A DNA stretch of 64,000 nt from an uncultured Acidobacteriaceae bacterium (GCA_963696285.1 CAVOJP010000004.1:305578-369577), one strand, 5' to 3'. Positions 8,690 through 19,668 are shown, numbered from the stretch's first letter. Notes: a model not told the origin generated them from the letters alone. Made by a program: numbers and translations.

Positions 8690-11182
8690 CTATTTCGCTG
8701 CGCTCGCCACCTTCACACCCTTAGAGCCCGCCGCGTACCGCGCGATGCCTCGATACAGCGCTTCGGCAATCTGCTCGCGGTATCCGTCACTGCGCAGCTT
8801 CTGTTCGTCGGTGGGACTGCTGACGAATGAAACTTCTGCCAAAATTCCGGGCATCGCCGTTTCGGTAAGAACCACGTAAGACGCTTCTTTCACGCCCCGG
8901 TCGCGCAGGCCGGGATTCTCCGCGGACAAAGTTCCGTAGAGCGAGCGCTGCACGCTGGCTGCGAGGCGCCGAGACTGCTCAATCCTGTCATGCAAATCGG
9001 CGGCAGAGAGCGTCGCGACGATCGGGTTCTTGCTGCTGGACGCACCGGTCCGCGTTTCCAGATCTTTCGCATTGGGCGCGGAAAAAGAGTTGGTGTAATA
9101 AGTTTCCACGCCGCGCGCCGAAGGCAGATCGCTATAGTTCGCATGTACGGAGACAAATAAATCCGCCTGCGAATGGTTCGCGATCTCGGCGCGTTCGTCG
9201 AGCGGAATGTAATTGTCGTCGTTGCGGGTGAGAATTACCTCCGCACCCAAACGGCTCTCGAGAAGCTTGCCCAATCGCTGAGCGATTTCGAGCACGAGAT
9301 CTTTTTCCAGCAAGCCACGCCGTCCCACAGTTCCCAAATCCCATCCGCCGTGCCCGGCATCCACCACAATGCGCAATTTCGCAACATGCGCGCGCAGTTG
9401 CAAGTCTTCGCGCGTTGGCGGGGGAACGACGATAGCCAGCTTATCCCGCTCACTCGCCCCGGGGAAAAGATTTAGTTGCGATTTGCCGTCCGCGCCCAGC
9501 TTCTTCACCTGCGCTACCAGGCGGTAGGGATTCGGCTCCAGACTCACGGAATAGTTCGAGTTGCCTTTGGTCTCCAACACCACGCGAGTCATGCCCGAAG
9601 CCGGATGTGCCACGCGAACCCGCGCCAGCAGCCCGTCACCGATCTCGATTATTTTCCCTTCGAGTTCCGGAGCCAATGACGTGTCGTGCAGATCAAAATA
9701 AATGCGATCCGGATTCGCCAACCGGTGCGCCTCGTACTGCACCTGGTCCTCCAGATCGATCACCACAGTACTCGAATCAGTGGCCGACCAGTGCCGGATG
9801 CCTGTAATGCGAGTCGGTTTCCCGGGTTCCTGCGGCGTGACGCTGCCGCTTGCGGCTTCAGATTGTGAATCCACATTCGGTGTTATGCCAGCATTGGTGG
9901 CCGAATTCGCCTGACTATCTGGCACGGGGATCGATGGAGCGAGAGCAGATGAATTGCCGGAAGCCCCGGCCGGTTGCTTCGCGATTGCAGTGGGCCTCGT
10001 GCTCATCTTCTGCTCCGGTTGAATCAATACTTGACCGAGCTGCGCCGTTTTCAGCTTCCACCAAATCCCGCCGGCGACCAGCGCGGAAAGCACGATCAGG
10101 ACCAATACCAGAACCATCCCGGGATGATGATCGGCAACCGGCTCCGTGATCGTTTCGGGCGCAGCCGCTTCGGCTGCAGGCGCTACCTCGGAAATGTTCG
10201 CCTGCTCCGTGCTCAATTCTGGAGCCGCTGACGCTCTCTTCACTTCGACGATCTCGGGTTCAACAGCAGCCGGGGCGACCGATGCAGTGGCGATGGACGC
10301 AGAGGCGACAGGAGCAGCGCCAGGTTGCGCGACGGATTCGTCGGCGATCGCAATTTTCTCAGGTGGAATTTCAGCGGGAGAAACTGCTTGAGTTAGTACC
10401 GCGGCCGGCGCGAGTTCAGCCTCCGCCACTTGGGCCGATTCCGCAAAGCGGTCTTCGTCTTCCGGTTTCAGAGCGCCGAGAATCAGCTCGGCGAGCAATT
10501 CCAGGTTGGTAACGTCACTGTCGTTGAATCCGAAAGGTTCACCCGAGAAAGCTTCGAGAACGCCGATCACGCGCCGCCGCCCGCATAGCGGCACGGCGAC
10601 CATGGACCGGGCTCCCAAGCGGCGGCACGCGGCCAGGTTCACGCGCTCGTCCATCTCAGTATCGTCGCAACGGATAATCTGCGCGGTGCGGAAACAGGCT
10701 CCGGAAAAAGCCGAATCCCGCTGGATGCGGGCGCCTACGTCCGGCTTCATTGCCCCCGCTGATGCCCGCAAAACAATTTCATTGTTCTCGGCCAGCGCGA
10801 TTCCTATCCCATCCGCTCCAGTGATGGCAATCGCACGCTCTGCCACAAGCTGCAGAACTTCGTCGAGAACAAATTGCTCGGTCTCTTCGAACTCAGCCGG
10901 GTAGGGAACGCTGTCAAATCCCTTATGCTTAAAAGCCAGCGCCCGCCGCTTCCGCACTTGCTGATGCAGTGCCGAGAATGCCAGCAGCGCCTGCAGGGCG
11001 TCAGCCCCGAACGGCCGTGCCCGCCGCTCATCGGCGGCAAAATGATCCCGGTCGGTGGAGGCGCGATAATAAACGTCTTGCACGGTATCAGCTCCACTGC
11101 GCTCGAGCGGCCATGCGGGCAACCGCGGATCCGCTAGTCGCGCATCCACTTCGATGGTCGGTTTGGTCGGAGTCGTTGCCAT
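8690..11182 (-). CDS. N-acetylmuramoyl-L-alanine amidase with cytoplasmic GAF domain, TM helix and AMIN domain
   Basis: 830 aa. GAF-like region (IIRCDDTEMDERV...MVAVPL...VLEAFS). Ala/Pro-rich linker. TM helix (MVLVLVLIVLSALVAGGIWW). AMIN-like domain (ITGIRHWSATDSSTVVIDL...RVVLE). Amidase_3 (IVVDAGHGGWDLG...ADLFVSVHAN). Confidence 0.85.
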   Translation of the reverse strand: MATTPTKPTIEVDARLADPRLPAWPLERSGADTVQDVYYRASTDRDHFAADERRARPFGADALQALLAFSALHQQVRKRRALAFKHKGFDSVPYPAEFEETEQFVLDEVLQLVAERAIAITGADGIGIALAENNEIVLRASAGAMKPDVGARIQRDSAFSGACFRTAQIIRCDDTEMDERVNLAACRRLGARSMVAVPLCGRRRVIGVLEAFSGEPFGFNDSDVTNLELLAELILGALKPEDEDRFAESAQVAEAELAPAAVLTQAVSPAEIPPEKIAIADESVAQPGAAPVASASIATASVAPAAVEPEIVEVKRASAAPELSTEQANISEVAPAAEAAAPETITEPVADHHPGMVLVLVLIVLSALVAGGIWWKLKTAQLGQVLIQPEQKMSTRPTAIAKQPAGASGNSSALAPSIPVPDSQANSATNAGITPNVDSQSEAASGSVTPQEPGKPTRITGIRHWSATDSSTVVIDLEDQVQYEAHRLANPDRIYFDLHDTSLAPELEGKIIEIGDGLLARVRVAHPASGMTRVVLETKGNSNYSVSLEPNPYRLVAQVKKLGADGKSQLNLFPGASERDKLAIVVPPPTREDLQLRAHVAKLRIVVDAGHGGWDLGTVGRRGLLEKDLVLEIAQRLGKLLESRLGAEVILTRNDDNYIPLDERAEIANHSQADLFVSVHANYSDLPSARGVETYYTNSFSAPNAKDLETRTGASSSKNPIVATLSAADLHDRIEQSRRLAASVQRSLYGTLSAENPGLRDRGVKEASYVVLTETAMPGILAEVSFVSSPTDEQKLRSDGYREQIAEALYRGIARYAAGSKGVKVASAAK

Positions 11183-11590
11183 TACCGTTGCACTGTCTGA
11201 CAGCTAATCCCTTCTCGAAGTTTGGCTACCCCAGCGCAGTTCTTGCCAATTAACCGCTATTAATAATGCTAACGCGACCCTGCAAATACAGGTCATTCAA
11301 AATCCTGTATTTTCGGGCATTAACAGTAAGCTAGCGGGATTTGAGTAGACTTGCAATGATGAGTACATGCCCTTCCGGTCAGAGACTTTCGTAAGTTACC
11401 GGCGATTCTTCCAATTCTGCCAGATTTTCGGAAAGTCCTTTGGCCTCTCAACGACCAAGCTCCGGCCCGGGGTTTACCGCTTGCGCAAGCGATGTCTAAG
11501 GAATCAACTCAGTCACTGTCTACTGCAATCTCCCAAAATTAAAATTAAACGGATTCGCGTCCCGACTTTGCGCATCTTTTGGTAGAACGT

Positions 11591-12445
11591 ATGCAGTTGG
11601 TATCCTTTCCCGCGCGGCAAGCACGCACTCACTACAGGCACGAACTGCGCACCCTGACCTACGTTACCCTGGACGCTGCCAACGGGGGAATCGTTCGCAA
11701 TCTCAACCGGGAAGGCGTGGCGGTGCAAGCCGTGGCTCCACTGCGGCAGGAGCAAAGAGTTCGCTTGCGTTTCGATTTGAGATTTCCCCGCCTCCGCGTG
11801 GAGACCTACGGAAAGGTCACATGGGCGGGACCTTCGGGTCAGTGCGGCATCCGCTTCGTTGATTTACCTTCACAGACCGCACGCCAAATCGACCAGTGGA
11901 TCTTCTCCAATCTTCTCGACGGGATCGAACCCGAGGGAGATCATGGCCGCACGATCTTCGGATCACTTCCGCCTTCGCTGCTGGCTGGAAGAGAAGATGT
12001 TGTCGAGCAAAACGACGGCCTTACCGTATCCGCTGCGTGTCGCCCAGCAATCCGGGTCGAACCTCAGTATGCTGCGAGAGATCAGGCGATATTCCCTGGC
12101 CGGCATTGCGAACAAAATCTGATCGAGGAGCCCGACCAAGCTGACGCGCACCTGAATTGGCTGTCCCGCCCGATCTCTGGGCAGACCCTGGCGTGGTTAG
12201 TGGATAGCCTAGTAATGATCGCGGGATTGCTATTGTTTGCCTTGATCTTTCTCTCGATCACCCACGAACTCCCACCATGGCCGCTAGCAGCGGGAGCTAT
12301 TTCTTCCGCTGCAGTATTGGTGGGTGGAGCGTACTGGAGTTTGTTCGCGCTGTTTGGAGGAGCCAGCTTAGGCGCCCGCTTGGCCGGTTCAGCATCCGTT
12401 TTCAAACAAGAAGAGGAACCGGAAGAGGCGCGACGCTTTCGCTAA
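11591..12445 (+). CDS. PilZ-domain protein with C-terminal RDD-like membrane domain
   Basis: RHELR ... NLNREG PilZ-type motifs. Two C-terminal TM helices. ATG at 11591; a TTG at 11579 is also possible. Confidence 0.7.
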   Translation: MQLVSFPARQARTHYRHELRTLTYVTLDAANGGIVRNLNREGVAVQAVAPLRQEQRVRLRFDLRFPRLRVETYGKVTWAGPSGQCGIRFVDLPSQTARQIDQWIFSNLLDGIEPEGDHGRTIFGSLPPSLLAGREDVVEQNDGLTVSAACRPAIRVEPQYAARDQAIFPGRHCEQNLIEEPDQADAHLNWLSRPISGQTLAWLVDSLVMIAGLLLFALIFLSITHELPPWPLAAGAISSAAVLVGGAYWSLFALFGGASLGARLAGSASVFKQEEEPEEARRFR

Positions 12446-12491
12446 GCTGCTGCAACTGGAACTGGACGCTGAGTACCGAGGACTTTTCCGC

Positions 12492-13169
12492 CTAGCTCGC
12501 GAAATACTTCTGCGCAAGCCAGAGCCGCAGGTTCTGTTGTGTTTGCGCGGCAATCTTCACGAAGCGAATCCCGATATTTCCCCGGTCATCGGACCAGGCT
12601 ACTTCCACGTCGGCCTTTACTCCGCAGTTCGCTCCGGGCAGAGCAAAAGACGCACGGACCAAATCGTTGACATTAAATCGATCGTCGACTCGAACCTGCA
12701 GACCGCCCTGGCTAAGGTTGATGAGTTCCGCTTCCACTCGTTTCTGATTGCGTCCGGTGAGCGTGACCGGCAGCTCCAGCCCGGTTCGGTGGTAGCGCAA
12801 GCGGCCGTCGAGGATCATGTTGCGCGCAGCGGAAAGCGTGCGCACCGCCTGTTCCACGGAAATTGGTTTATCGAACGCAAACATCGCTCCAGTAGTCTGC
12901 ATATCGGGCCGGCCCTGCGATTTGCCCATGATTACCAGGGGCACGGTATTCGTGCGCGGAACGTCGCGCCGCAGTTCGCGAAAAAATTGTCCGGACCCAT
13001 TCAGGTCGCAATCAACAATCAGCGCGTCGATTTTTGATTTTGTGAGCCGCGCCAAAGCTCGTTGCGGTTCGCTTTCGACGGCGACATCCATGTGCAAGCC
13101 GCCGAGTATACATTCCAGAACGCTAACTTCCTGCCAGTCGCGCGAAACTACCATCGACGAGAGTGTCAT
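12492..13169 (-). CDS. receiver-like domain fused to PilZ domain
   Basis: N-terminal REC-like fold (IDALIVDCDL, FDKPI). C-terminal PilZ (NLSQGGLQVRV). The usual N-terminal acidic pair is reduced to SRD. Confidence 0.7.
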   Translation of the reverse strand: MTLSSMVVSRDWQEVSVLECILGGLHMDVAVESEPQRALARLTKSKIDALIVDCDLNGSGQFFRELRRDVPRTNTVPLVIMGKSQGRPDMQTTGAMFAFDKPISVEQAVRTLSAARNMILDGRLRYHRTGLELPVTLTGRNQKRVEAELINLSQGGLQVRVDDRFNVNDLVRASFALPGANCGVKADVEVAWSDDRGNIGIRFVKIAAQTQQNLRLWLAQKYFAS

Positions 13170-13276
13170 GTCTCCACTCTACTCACCCCAGTAATCGGGA
13201 CGTAGATCACTAACGTAATGACCGGTTTCCGACTTCCGCTTTTTGCGCTTCTGTATGCGACGCACGGAAACCGGAT

Positions 13277-14233
13277 CTACGCGCCAGCAGCTTTGTTCTG
13301 GCTCCGATACCAGTCGACGGTTCGCCGCAGACCTTCTTCGAAATCCACTTTAGGTTTGTAGCCAAGATGCTTTTCAGCGAGTGAGATGTCAGCCAGCGAA
13401 TGCTTGATATCGCCGCCGCGTTCCTTGTCATGCCGAGCGGAACCGGAGAATGAAGTGAGTTCTTGAAGTAGTTTGAAAGTCTCATTCAAAGTCACGCGGC
13501 GGCCGGTGGCCACGTTGAATACTTTTCCAGCCACTTCTCCCGCAGGCGCTTTGCAGGCCAGCAGGTTAGCTTCGACCGCGTTATCGATGTAGGTGAAATC
13601 CCGGCTCTGCTCGCCATCACCAAACATGGTAGGCTGCTGGCCGCCCAACATCTGCGTAATGAACTTCGCCAGCACGCCCGAGTAGGGTGACGATGGATCC
13701 TGACGCGGCCCAAAAATATTGAAATAACGCAGCGACACCGTCTCCAATCCATAACAGCGGTAAAACGAAACCATGTAGTGCTCACTGGCCAGCTTGGCTA
13801 CGGCATAGGGAGATATCGGATCGGGCGTCATGCGTTCGTGTTTCGGAAGTGTGGGAGTATCGCCGTAAGCGGAGGATGACGCAGCATAAACTACTCGCTT
13901 CACCTTTGCGTCGCGCGCCGCGACTAATACATTCACGGTTCCATCTACGTTTGCCCGGTTGCTTCCAATCGGATCCAGAACTGATTTCGGTACCGATGGA
14001 ATTGCAGCCTGATGCAGAACGTAATCCACGCCCGTGCAGGCGAACTTCAGGGCATCGAGATCGAGAATGTCAGCCTCCCGAAAATCGATCTGACCTAGTA
14101 TGTCGGCAAGATTTTCCCGCTTGCCGGTTGAAAAATTATCCACGCCGCGAACTTTTTCTCCGCGCCGCAACAGTTCCCGCGCCAAAGACGATCCAATGAA
14201 GCCGCCAATCCCCGTGATCAGATAAAGTGCCAT
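13277..14233 (-). CDS. NAD-dependent nucleotide-sugar 4-epimerase (WbpP/TviC-like extended SDR)
   Basis: GIGGFIGSSL Rossmann motif, DNFSTGKRENL, catalytic YAVAK. Confidence 0.85.
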   Translation of the reverse strand: MALYLITGIGGFIGSSLARELLRRGEKVRGVDNFSTGKRENLADILGQIDFREADILDLDALKFACTGVDYVLHQAAIPSVPKSVLDPIGSNRANVDGTVNVLVAARDAKVKRVVYAASSSAYGDTPTLPKHERMTPDPISPYAVAKLASEHYMVSFYRCYGLETVSLRYFNIFGPRQDPSSPYSGVLAKFITQMLGGQQPTMFGDGEQSRDFTYIDNAVEANLLACKAPAGEVAGKVFNVATGRRVTLNETFKLLQELTSFSGSARHDKERGGDIKHSLADISLAEKHLGYKPKVDFEEGLRRTVDWYRSQNKAAGA

Positions 14234-14346
14234 AGGTTTTCATGATAACGAATCGGCCCGATTGCGTGCGTGAGCAAATCACCGCACGGACGGAAACCAA
14301 AGTAATGCAAGAGAGTGCTATGGGAGGAGAATAAGAACTGGCTTGC

Positions 14347-15039
14347 TTATCTTCCGGAGCTCTGGCTCTTTCGCAGGATGCGAAAAAACTCTTCCCGGCT
14401 CAAAATATGGCGTTCGTCAAAAAAGTTCATGACCGCCTGCAGAGCGGCGGCCGGATTCGTAACCGGAGTTGGCGAGTTCGCAGGCATCGATAGCCCCTCG
14501 GCTTCAGGGACCAGCGCAGCGTTTATTTCCGGGCGCGCCCCCAGAATTACTGAAGGTCGAGATAAGGAGCGTAACAGCTCGCGCAAACGCTCGCGATCCG
14601 CATCTGACATCGTGGTGAAAGAAATCCCCATGCCAAGGTTGGGATATACCACTCTTGCTTCGCCATTGCATTCGACCCGAAAACCGTTTACTTCCATGGT
14701 CAACCCGAGCTTTGCGCCCACGCGGAACGTTGCCATGGCTTCCACATAACATCCGTGCAAACTGATGTCCGTGAAGGTTGCCCAGGTCGATACACCGCTG
14801 ACGATTTCGCGCAAGCGGGCGCTTCCCTGGCAGCGGTATCTTGGGCTTTTCCGTTTTTCGTCGACCGGGGAAATCGTGTTTGCCGGAGCGCCAATCCCCT
14901 TGTTCAGGGAGGGGGAGGGAAGAATGGGCGCGCGCGCTGTCGCCGCTGCGGCGGCCTGTGGCGTGGATTTTTTCAAAGCGGCCAGATAGGCCGCACCAGC
15001 GTTTGCTTCGTCCGACATAAATTGCGGACGCGCCTTCAC
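14347..15039 (-). CDS. PilZ-domain protein
   Basis: RKSPR ... DISLHG canonical c-di-GMP-binding motifs in the middle of a 230-aa ORF. Confidence 0.75.
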   Translation of the reverse strand: MKARPQFMSDEANAGAAYLAALKKSTPQAAAAATARAPILPSPSLNKGIGAPANTISPVDEKRKSPRYRCQGSARLREIVSGVSTWATFTDISLHGCYVEAMATFRVGAKLGLTMEVNGFRVECNGEARVVYPNLGMGISFTTMSDADRERLRELLRSLSRPSVILGARPEINAALVPEAEGLSMPANSPTPVTNPAAALQAVMNFFDERHILSREEFFRILRKSQSSGR

Positions 15040-15181
15040 CGCTTTCCGCTGATCTTGAAGCGGCTCCCAGGTTCAGGACGCATGTCCCTGCTAGACTCTA
15101 TCGGAACTTTTGCCGGGAACACTTAACCGAGAGTATGGGCTTCACGCGAAGGGACACAGGCGCTTCCGCAAAGGGAAAAAT

Positions 15182-15796
15182 TCAAGACTGGAACTCCGCG
15201 AGAGGAAATTCTTCCACCGATTGCCGAATCTTCTTCCATACTTCGTCGCGCCCCACTCGCGTTTTTGCCGAGAAGGGGATCACGGTCGCTGTTGGATACG
15301 CCTTAGCCAGCCCCTGCAGAGCCTTGCCCAACTGGTTATTCGAGAGCCGGTCGCTTTTGGTTGCGATCAAAAGAAAGTCACGTCCCGAGGCATTTAGAAA
15401 ATCTAATAATTGGCGGTCGCTGTCCTGAGGAGGAACATTCACATCCACCAACGCCAAACATAACGCCAGCGTAGGGCGTTCGTTCAAGTAAGGCTCGATG
15501 AACTTGGGCCACTCCTGCGAGATTTCCCTCGACAGCTTGGCGTATCCGTAGCCCGGCAAGTCGGCGAAAATTACTTCCGGCGCGGGCTTTCCCGGCCAGC
15601 GCACTTCGAAAAAATTAATACTGCGCGTGCGCCCCGGTGTCGAACTGGTGCGGGCCAGTTTCGTTTCCACCAGAGTATTGATCACGCTCGACTTGCCCAC
15701 GTTGGACCGACCTAAAAACGCAACCTCAGGAAGGCTGGGGGCAGGGAAGTGCGCGGCATCTGTAGCCGCCGCCATGAATCGAGCCATCACCCTCAT
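15182..15796 (-). CDS. engB: ribosome-biogenesis GTPase YsxC/EngB
   Basis: G1 GRSNVGKSS, G3 DLPGYG, G4 TKSD. Length about 200 aa. Confidence 0.9.
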   Translation of the reverse strand: MRVMARFMAAATDAAHFPAPSLPEVAFLGRSNVGKSSVINTLVETKLARTSSTPGRTRSINFFEVRWPGKPAPEVIFADLPGYGYAKLSREISQEWPKFIEPYLNERPTLALCLALVDVNVPPQDSDRQLLDFLNASGRDFLLIATKSDRLSNNQLGKALQGLAKAYPTATVIPFSAKTRVGRDEVWKKIRQSVEEFPLAEFQS

Positions 15797-15854
15797 GCTT
15801 CAGTTTGCAATGAGTCGGGGAAAATTGGCAAGGGCTCGGCGAGGCCGGTTCCGG

Positions 15855-17036
15855 CTAGCGCACTGTTTTGCGGAACTGCTTGCTCAAGGTGAGCGCTTGA
15901 TGTTGATACGAAGATCCTATGTTTGTTCCGTATATCTTCTCCGGCCTGCTCAACAGAGGCATATAGTTCAGGCGCCCAACCAGCTGTCCGTGTTCCATCA
16001 GAAACGGAACCTCGTGGGCCCGAACCTCAAGCACAGCACGGGTTCCCTTGATATCGTTCGAGCCGTAACCAAAGCCGGGATCAAAGAACCCGGCATAGTG
16101 GATGCGGAACTCACCGTCTCCTTGATCAAGCGGCACCATCTCTGCTGCAAAGTCTGGGGGAACGCGAACCCTTTCCCGGGACGCGAGAATGTAAAAATCG
16201 CCAGGCTCGAGAATCAGGTTTTTATTGGCGTTCTGGTGGATGGATTCCCAGAACTCCTCGGTTGGATAGAAGTCGATCTTGTCGAGAGCGATTGCTGGAG
16301 CATACTTTTTGGCCCGATAGGCAATGATTTCGCCCTCGTCGGCGCCCTCCAGATTGACGGTAATTCTGAGCCCGCGCTCAACCAATGGCCTGACTGGACC
16401 GTCCTCATTCACGTAGACCAGAGGCTCTTCCTTGTCCAGGTTTCGAATGGTCTGATCGCCGGAACGCGGGCTGCCGTGAACGAACCGCAATTGGCTTAGC
16501 CTCATCCCGGCTCGAATCGCAACCGTGAAGGTACGGGAGACGACCTCCGCATAAAGCTTGCCTTTGTACCCCGCTACGACTCGGTCAAATTCCGTACTGT
16601 AGTCGGTAATGAGGCGGGTGAAAATATCAAGCCGCCCGGTGGTGCTCTTGGGGTTGGCTTTCCCGGAGATATTTTCCGGCAGATTCAGTTCCTCAACCAA
16701 GGGGATGATGTAGATGCAATCTCTTTCCAGAACCGGCGCACCCGTGAGATCGACGCGCGTCATCCGGAGTTGTTTGATTTTTGCGTCCACTGTGTTATTC
16801 GGCCCAGGCAGGAAACTGGCGCGTACGCGATAGGCGACGTCCCCCAAGCGCAGATCAAGACTTGCCGGCTGGATGTGTTCCGGGTTGATTGCGGGAGTGG
16901 CGCTAATATTTCCGCGAGCGATTAGGCCTTGGATCTCTTGCGAGGGGAGTATTCCGGTAGTGCGAGCTTGCACTTCTTCGGCTGGCGACGCCAGCCCATT
17001 TTCAAAAGCGATATGACCTTGATTCGATGTGGACAT
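15855..17036 (-). CDS. 2'-deoxycytidine 5'-triphosphate deaminase, long (DCD, about 390 aa) family
   Basis: Matches my recollection of the long DCD family (QPASLDLRLG, ANPKSTTGRLDIFTR). Two dUTPase-like halves. Confidence 0.7.
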   Translation of the reverse strand: MSTSNQGHIAFENGLASPAEEVQARTTGILPSQEIQGLIARGNISATPAINPEHIQPASLDLRLGDVAYRVRASFLPGPNNTVDAKIKQLRMTRVDLTGAPVLERDCIYIIPLVEELNLPENISGKANPKSTTGRLDIFTRLITDYSTEFDRVVAGYKGKLYAEVVSRTFTVAIRAGMRLSQLRFVHGSPRSGDQTIRNLDKEEPLVYVNEDGPVRPLVERGLRITVNLEGADEGEIIAYRAKKYAPAIALDKIDFYPTEEFWESIHQNANKNLILEPGDFYILASRERVRVPPDFAAEMVPLDQGDGEFRIHYAGFFDPGFGYGSNDIKGTRAVLEVRAHEVPFLMEHGQLVGRLNYMPLLSRPEKIYGTNIGSSYQHQALTLSKQFRKTVR

Positions 17037-17256
17037 TTCAAAATTCCCCGCGCCTTACTTCAGATACCGCGTGGCTGGCTCACTCTAGCAGTCTATTCGA
17101 AAACGTCAACGGAGGTTTATCTACGCGGCCGGAAAGTGATTTCACTGTACGGAGGGAATTAAAACGTGTCAAGCCCAGCCATTCGATGGAGGGACGACTT
17201 GGTCAGCGCCGAATAGGAGCCCGGACTCCAAGGAAACTGGAGATTAAGAATGTTTT

Positions 17257-19668
17257 CTACTGATGCGCTGTTGGACTGTCTTCCGTGCCTGAGGTCAGAG
17301 GCGCGATTGGCCGCGCAGTCTCTTCCTCGCTGATCGAAGGCAACGGCGATTCCAGCGCGATTTGCAACACCTGATCCATCGTATCGACGAAATGCAATTT
17401 CATCGCGTTGCGCAGATTTTCAGGGACTTCCGCGAGGTCTTTTTCGTTGTCACGGGGCAGAATCACTTCGAAAAGTCCGGCGCGATGCGCCGCCAGCAGC
17501 TTTTCCTTGAGACCGCCGATGGGAAGAACTTTACCGCGCAGCGTGATCTCTCCTGTCATGGCAAGGTCGCGCCGCACCGGAATCTTGCTCAGCGCGCTGG
17601 CAATCGCGGTGGCGATGGTAATCCCTGCCGATGGTCCATCTTTCGGAATCGCGCCTTCGGGAACATGCACGTGCAGATCGAGCGTGCGGTAGAAGTCGCG
17701 AGTCAATCCGAGCCGATGCGCGCGTGAGCGAACATAGGACAGAGCCGCCTGCGCGGATTCCTGCATCACGTCGCCGAGTTTACCGGTCAGCGTCAACTTG
17801 CCTTTGCCGTCGACTACCGTAGCTTCAGTGCTGAGGATCGAGCCGCCGACTTCAGTCCAGGCCAGGCCCGTGACCAATCCCACTTCACTCTTCTCGTGAG
17901 CCAGCGTGTCGCGGAACTTGATTACACCGAGGAAGTCGGTGACATTCTCGCCGGTGACAGCGATGGTATAGTTCTCGCCTTCCTTCACTACCCTGCGGGC
18001 AACCTTGCGACAAACATTTCCGATTTCGCGCTCCAGATTACGAACCCCAGCTTCGCGAGTGTAGGCGCGAATCAGCGTGGTGATCGCATCGTCGGAGAAT
18101 CTCACGTTCTTCTCTGATAATCCGGCCTGCAGCATCTGCTTCTTCACCAGGAACTGCTTGGCGATCTCGACCTTTTCCTGCTCGGTGTAGCCGTGCAGAC
18201 GAAGCACTTCCATGCGGTCCTGCAGCGCGGGAGGAATGGTGTGCATTACGTTGGCGGTGGCCACAAAGAAAACCTGTGACAGGTCATATTCCACATCGAG
18301 GTAGTGGTCTACGAACATGAAATTCTGCTCGGGATCGAGCACTTCGAGCAGAGCCGCCGACGGATCGCCGCGGAAATCCATCGACATCTTGTCGACTTCG
18401 TCCAGCATGAAGACTGGGTTTTTCGTGCCGGCCTTCTTCATCATCTGAATGATCTGGCCGGGCAATGCACCGATATAAGTGCGCCGGTGGCCGCGGATTT
18501 CGGCTTCGTCGCGCACTCCGCCGAGCGACATCCGGACGAACTTGCGTCCGGTAGCCTTGGCAATCGACATGCCCAGCGAAGTCTTGCCTACGCCAGGGGG
18601 TCCAACGAAACAAAGAATCGAGCCTTTCGGATTCTTTACCAGCTGGCGCACCGCGAGGAATTCGAGAATGCGCTCCTTGATCTTTTCCAGGCCGTAATGA
18701 TCTTCGTTGAGAACTTTTTCCGCGCGCGAAATATTGCGGATTTCCTTCGAGCGCTTCTTCCAGGGTACGGCCAGCAGCCAATCGAGGTAGTTGCGCGAAA
18801 CCGTCGATTCCGCTGACATCGGCGGCATCGCTTCCAGCTTTTTCAGTTCCTGCAAGGCCTTGTCTTTGACTTCTTTCGGCATGCCGGCGGCTTCGACTTT
18901 TTTCTTCAGTTCGTCGAACTCGCTCTTTTCGCCGCGGCCCAGTTCCTTCTGAATGGCCTTGATCTTTTCGTTGAGGTAATACTCTTTTTGCGCCTTCTCC
19001 ATCTGGCGCTTGACGCGCGACTGGATGGTGCGATCGACGTTCAGTTTTTCGATTTCCACATCGAGCACATCGGCAATGCGGTTCAAGCGCTCTGAAGGAT
19101 CGAAGATCTCCAGCAGTTCCTGCTTTTCTTCAATGGAAAGCTGCAGGTTGGCGGCAATGATGTCGGTCAGCTTGGCCGGGTCTTCCATGCGCACCGCTGA
19201 AATCATGGTTTCGTAATTGAGTGCCTGGCAAAGCTTCACGTACTGTTCGAACAGCGTGGTCACGCGCTGCATGCCCGCTTCGATTTGCGCGTTCATCTCG
19301 ACGGGATATCGCGCCACGCGCACCGACGCCTGCATGTAGCCATCAGAGTCGGTGGCCTGCAGAAGTCTTCCGCGCTCAATGCCTTCGACCAGAACCTTAA
19401 TGTTTCCGTCGGGCAGCTTCAGGCTCTGCACGATGTTGACGATGGTTCCGACCTGGTAAATCTCGTTCGACTTGGGCTCGTCAATCGAAGCGTCGTGCTG
19501 CGTCGCCAGGAAGATTTTCTTATCCGCGGCGAGCGCCTCTTCGAGGGCGCGCACGCTGGACTCGCGCCCCACCACGAACGGCGTCATCATATAGGGGAAG
19601 ATGACCACGTCGCGAATGGGCATCATCGGCAGCTTTTTAGTTTCGAATTTTTCTTTGGATGTGGTCAC
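17257..19668 (-). CDS. lon: ATP-dependent Lon protease
   Basis: 803 aa. Walker [10 protein letters not shown]. Protease Ser region [12 protein letters not shown]. Confidence 0.97.
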   Translation of the reverse strand: MTTSKEKFETKKLPMMPIRDVVIFPYMMTPFVVGRESSVRALEEALAADKKIFLATQHDASIDEPKSNEIYQVGTIVNIVQSLKLPDGNIKVLVEGIERGRLLQATDSDGYMQASVRVARYPVEMNAQIEAGMQRVTTLFEQYVKLCQALNYETMISAVRMEDPAKLTDIIAANLQLSIEEKQELLEIFDPSERLNRIADVLDVEIEKLNVDRTIQSRVKRQMEKAQKEYYLNEKIKAIQKELGRGEKSEFDELKKKVEAAGMPKEVKDKALQELKKLEAMPPMSAESTVSRNYLDWLLAVPWKKRSKEIRNISRAEKVLNEDHYGLEKIKERILEFLAVRQLVKNPKGSILCFVGPPGVGKTSLGMSIAKATGRKFVRMSLGGVRDEAEIRGHRRTYIGALPGQIIQMMKKAGTKNPVFMLDEVDKMSMDFRGDPSAALLEVLDPEQNFMFVDHYLDVEYDLSQVFFVATANVMHTIPPALQDRMEVLRLHGYTEQEKVEIAKQFLVKKQMLQAGLSEKNVRFSDDAITTLIRAYTREAGVRNLEREIGNVCRKVARRVVKEGENYTIAVTGENVTDFLGVIKFRDTLAHEKSEVGLVTGLAWTEVGGSILSTEATVVDGKGKLTLTGKLGDVMQESAQAALSYVRSRAHRLGLTRDFYRTLDLHVHVPEGAIPKDGPSAGITIATAIASALSKIPVRRDLAMTGEITLRGKVLPIGGLKEKLLAAHRAGLFEVILPRDNEKDLAEVPENLRNAMKLHFVDTMDQVLQIALESPLPSISEEETARPIAPLTSGTEDSPTAHQ

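Noticed and set aside
11183-11590. Possibility of a c-di-GMP riboswitch in the long leader next to the PilZ genes.
   Set aside because: I could not find the conserved GEMM-type segments or a convincing paired structure. Only two simple palindromes are present.
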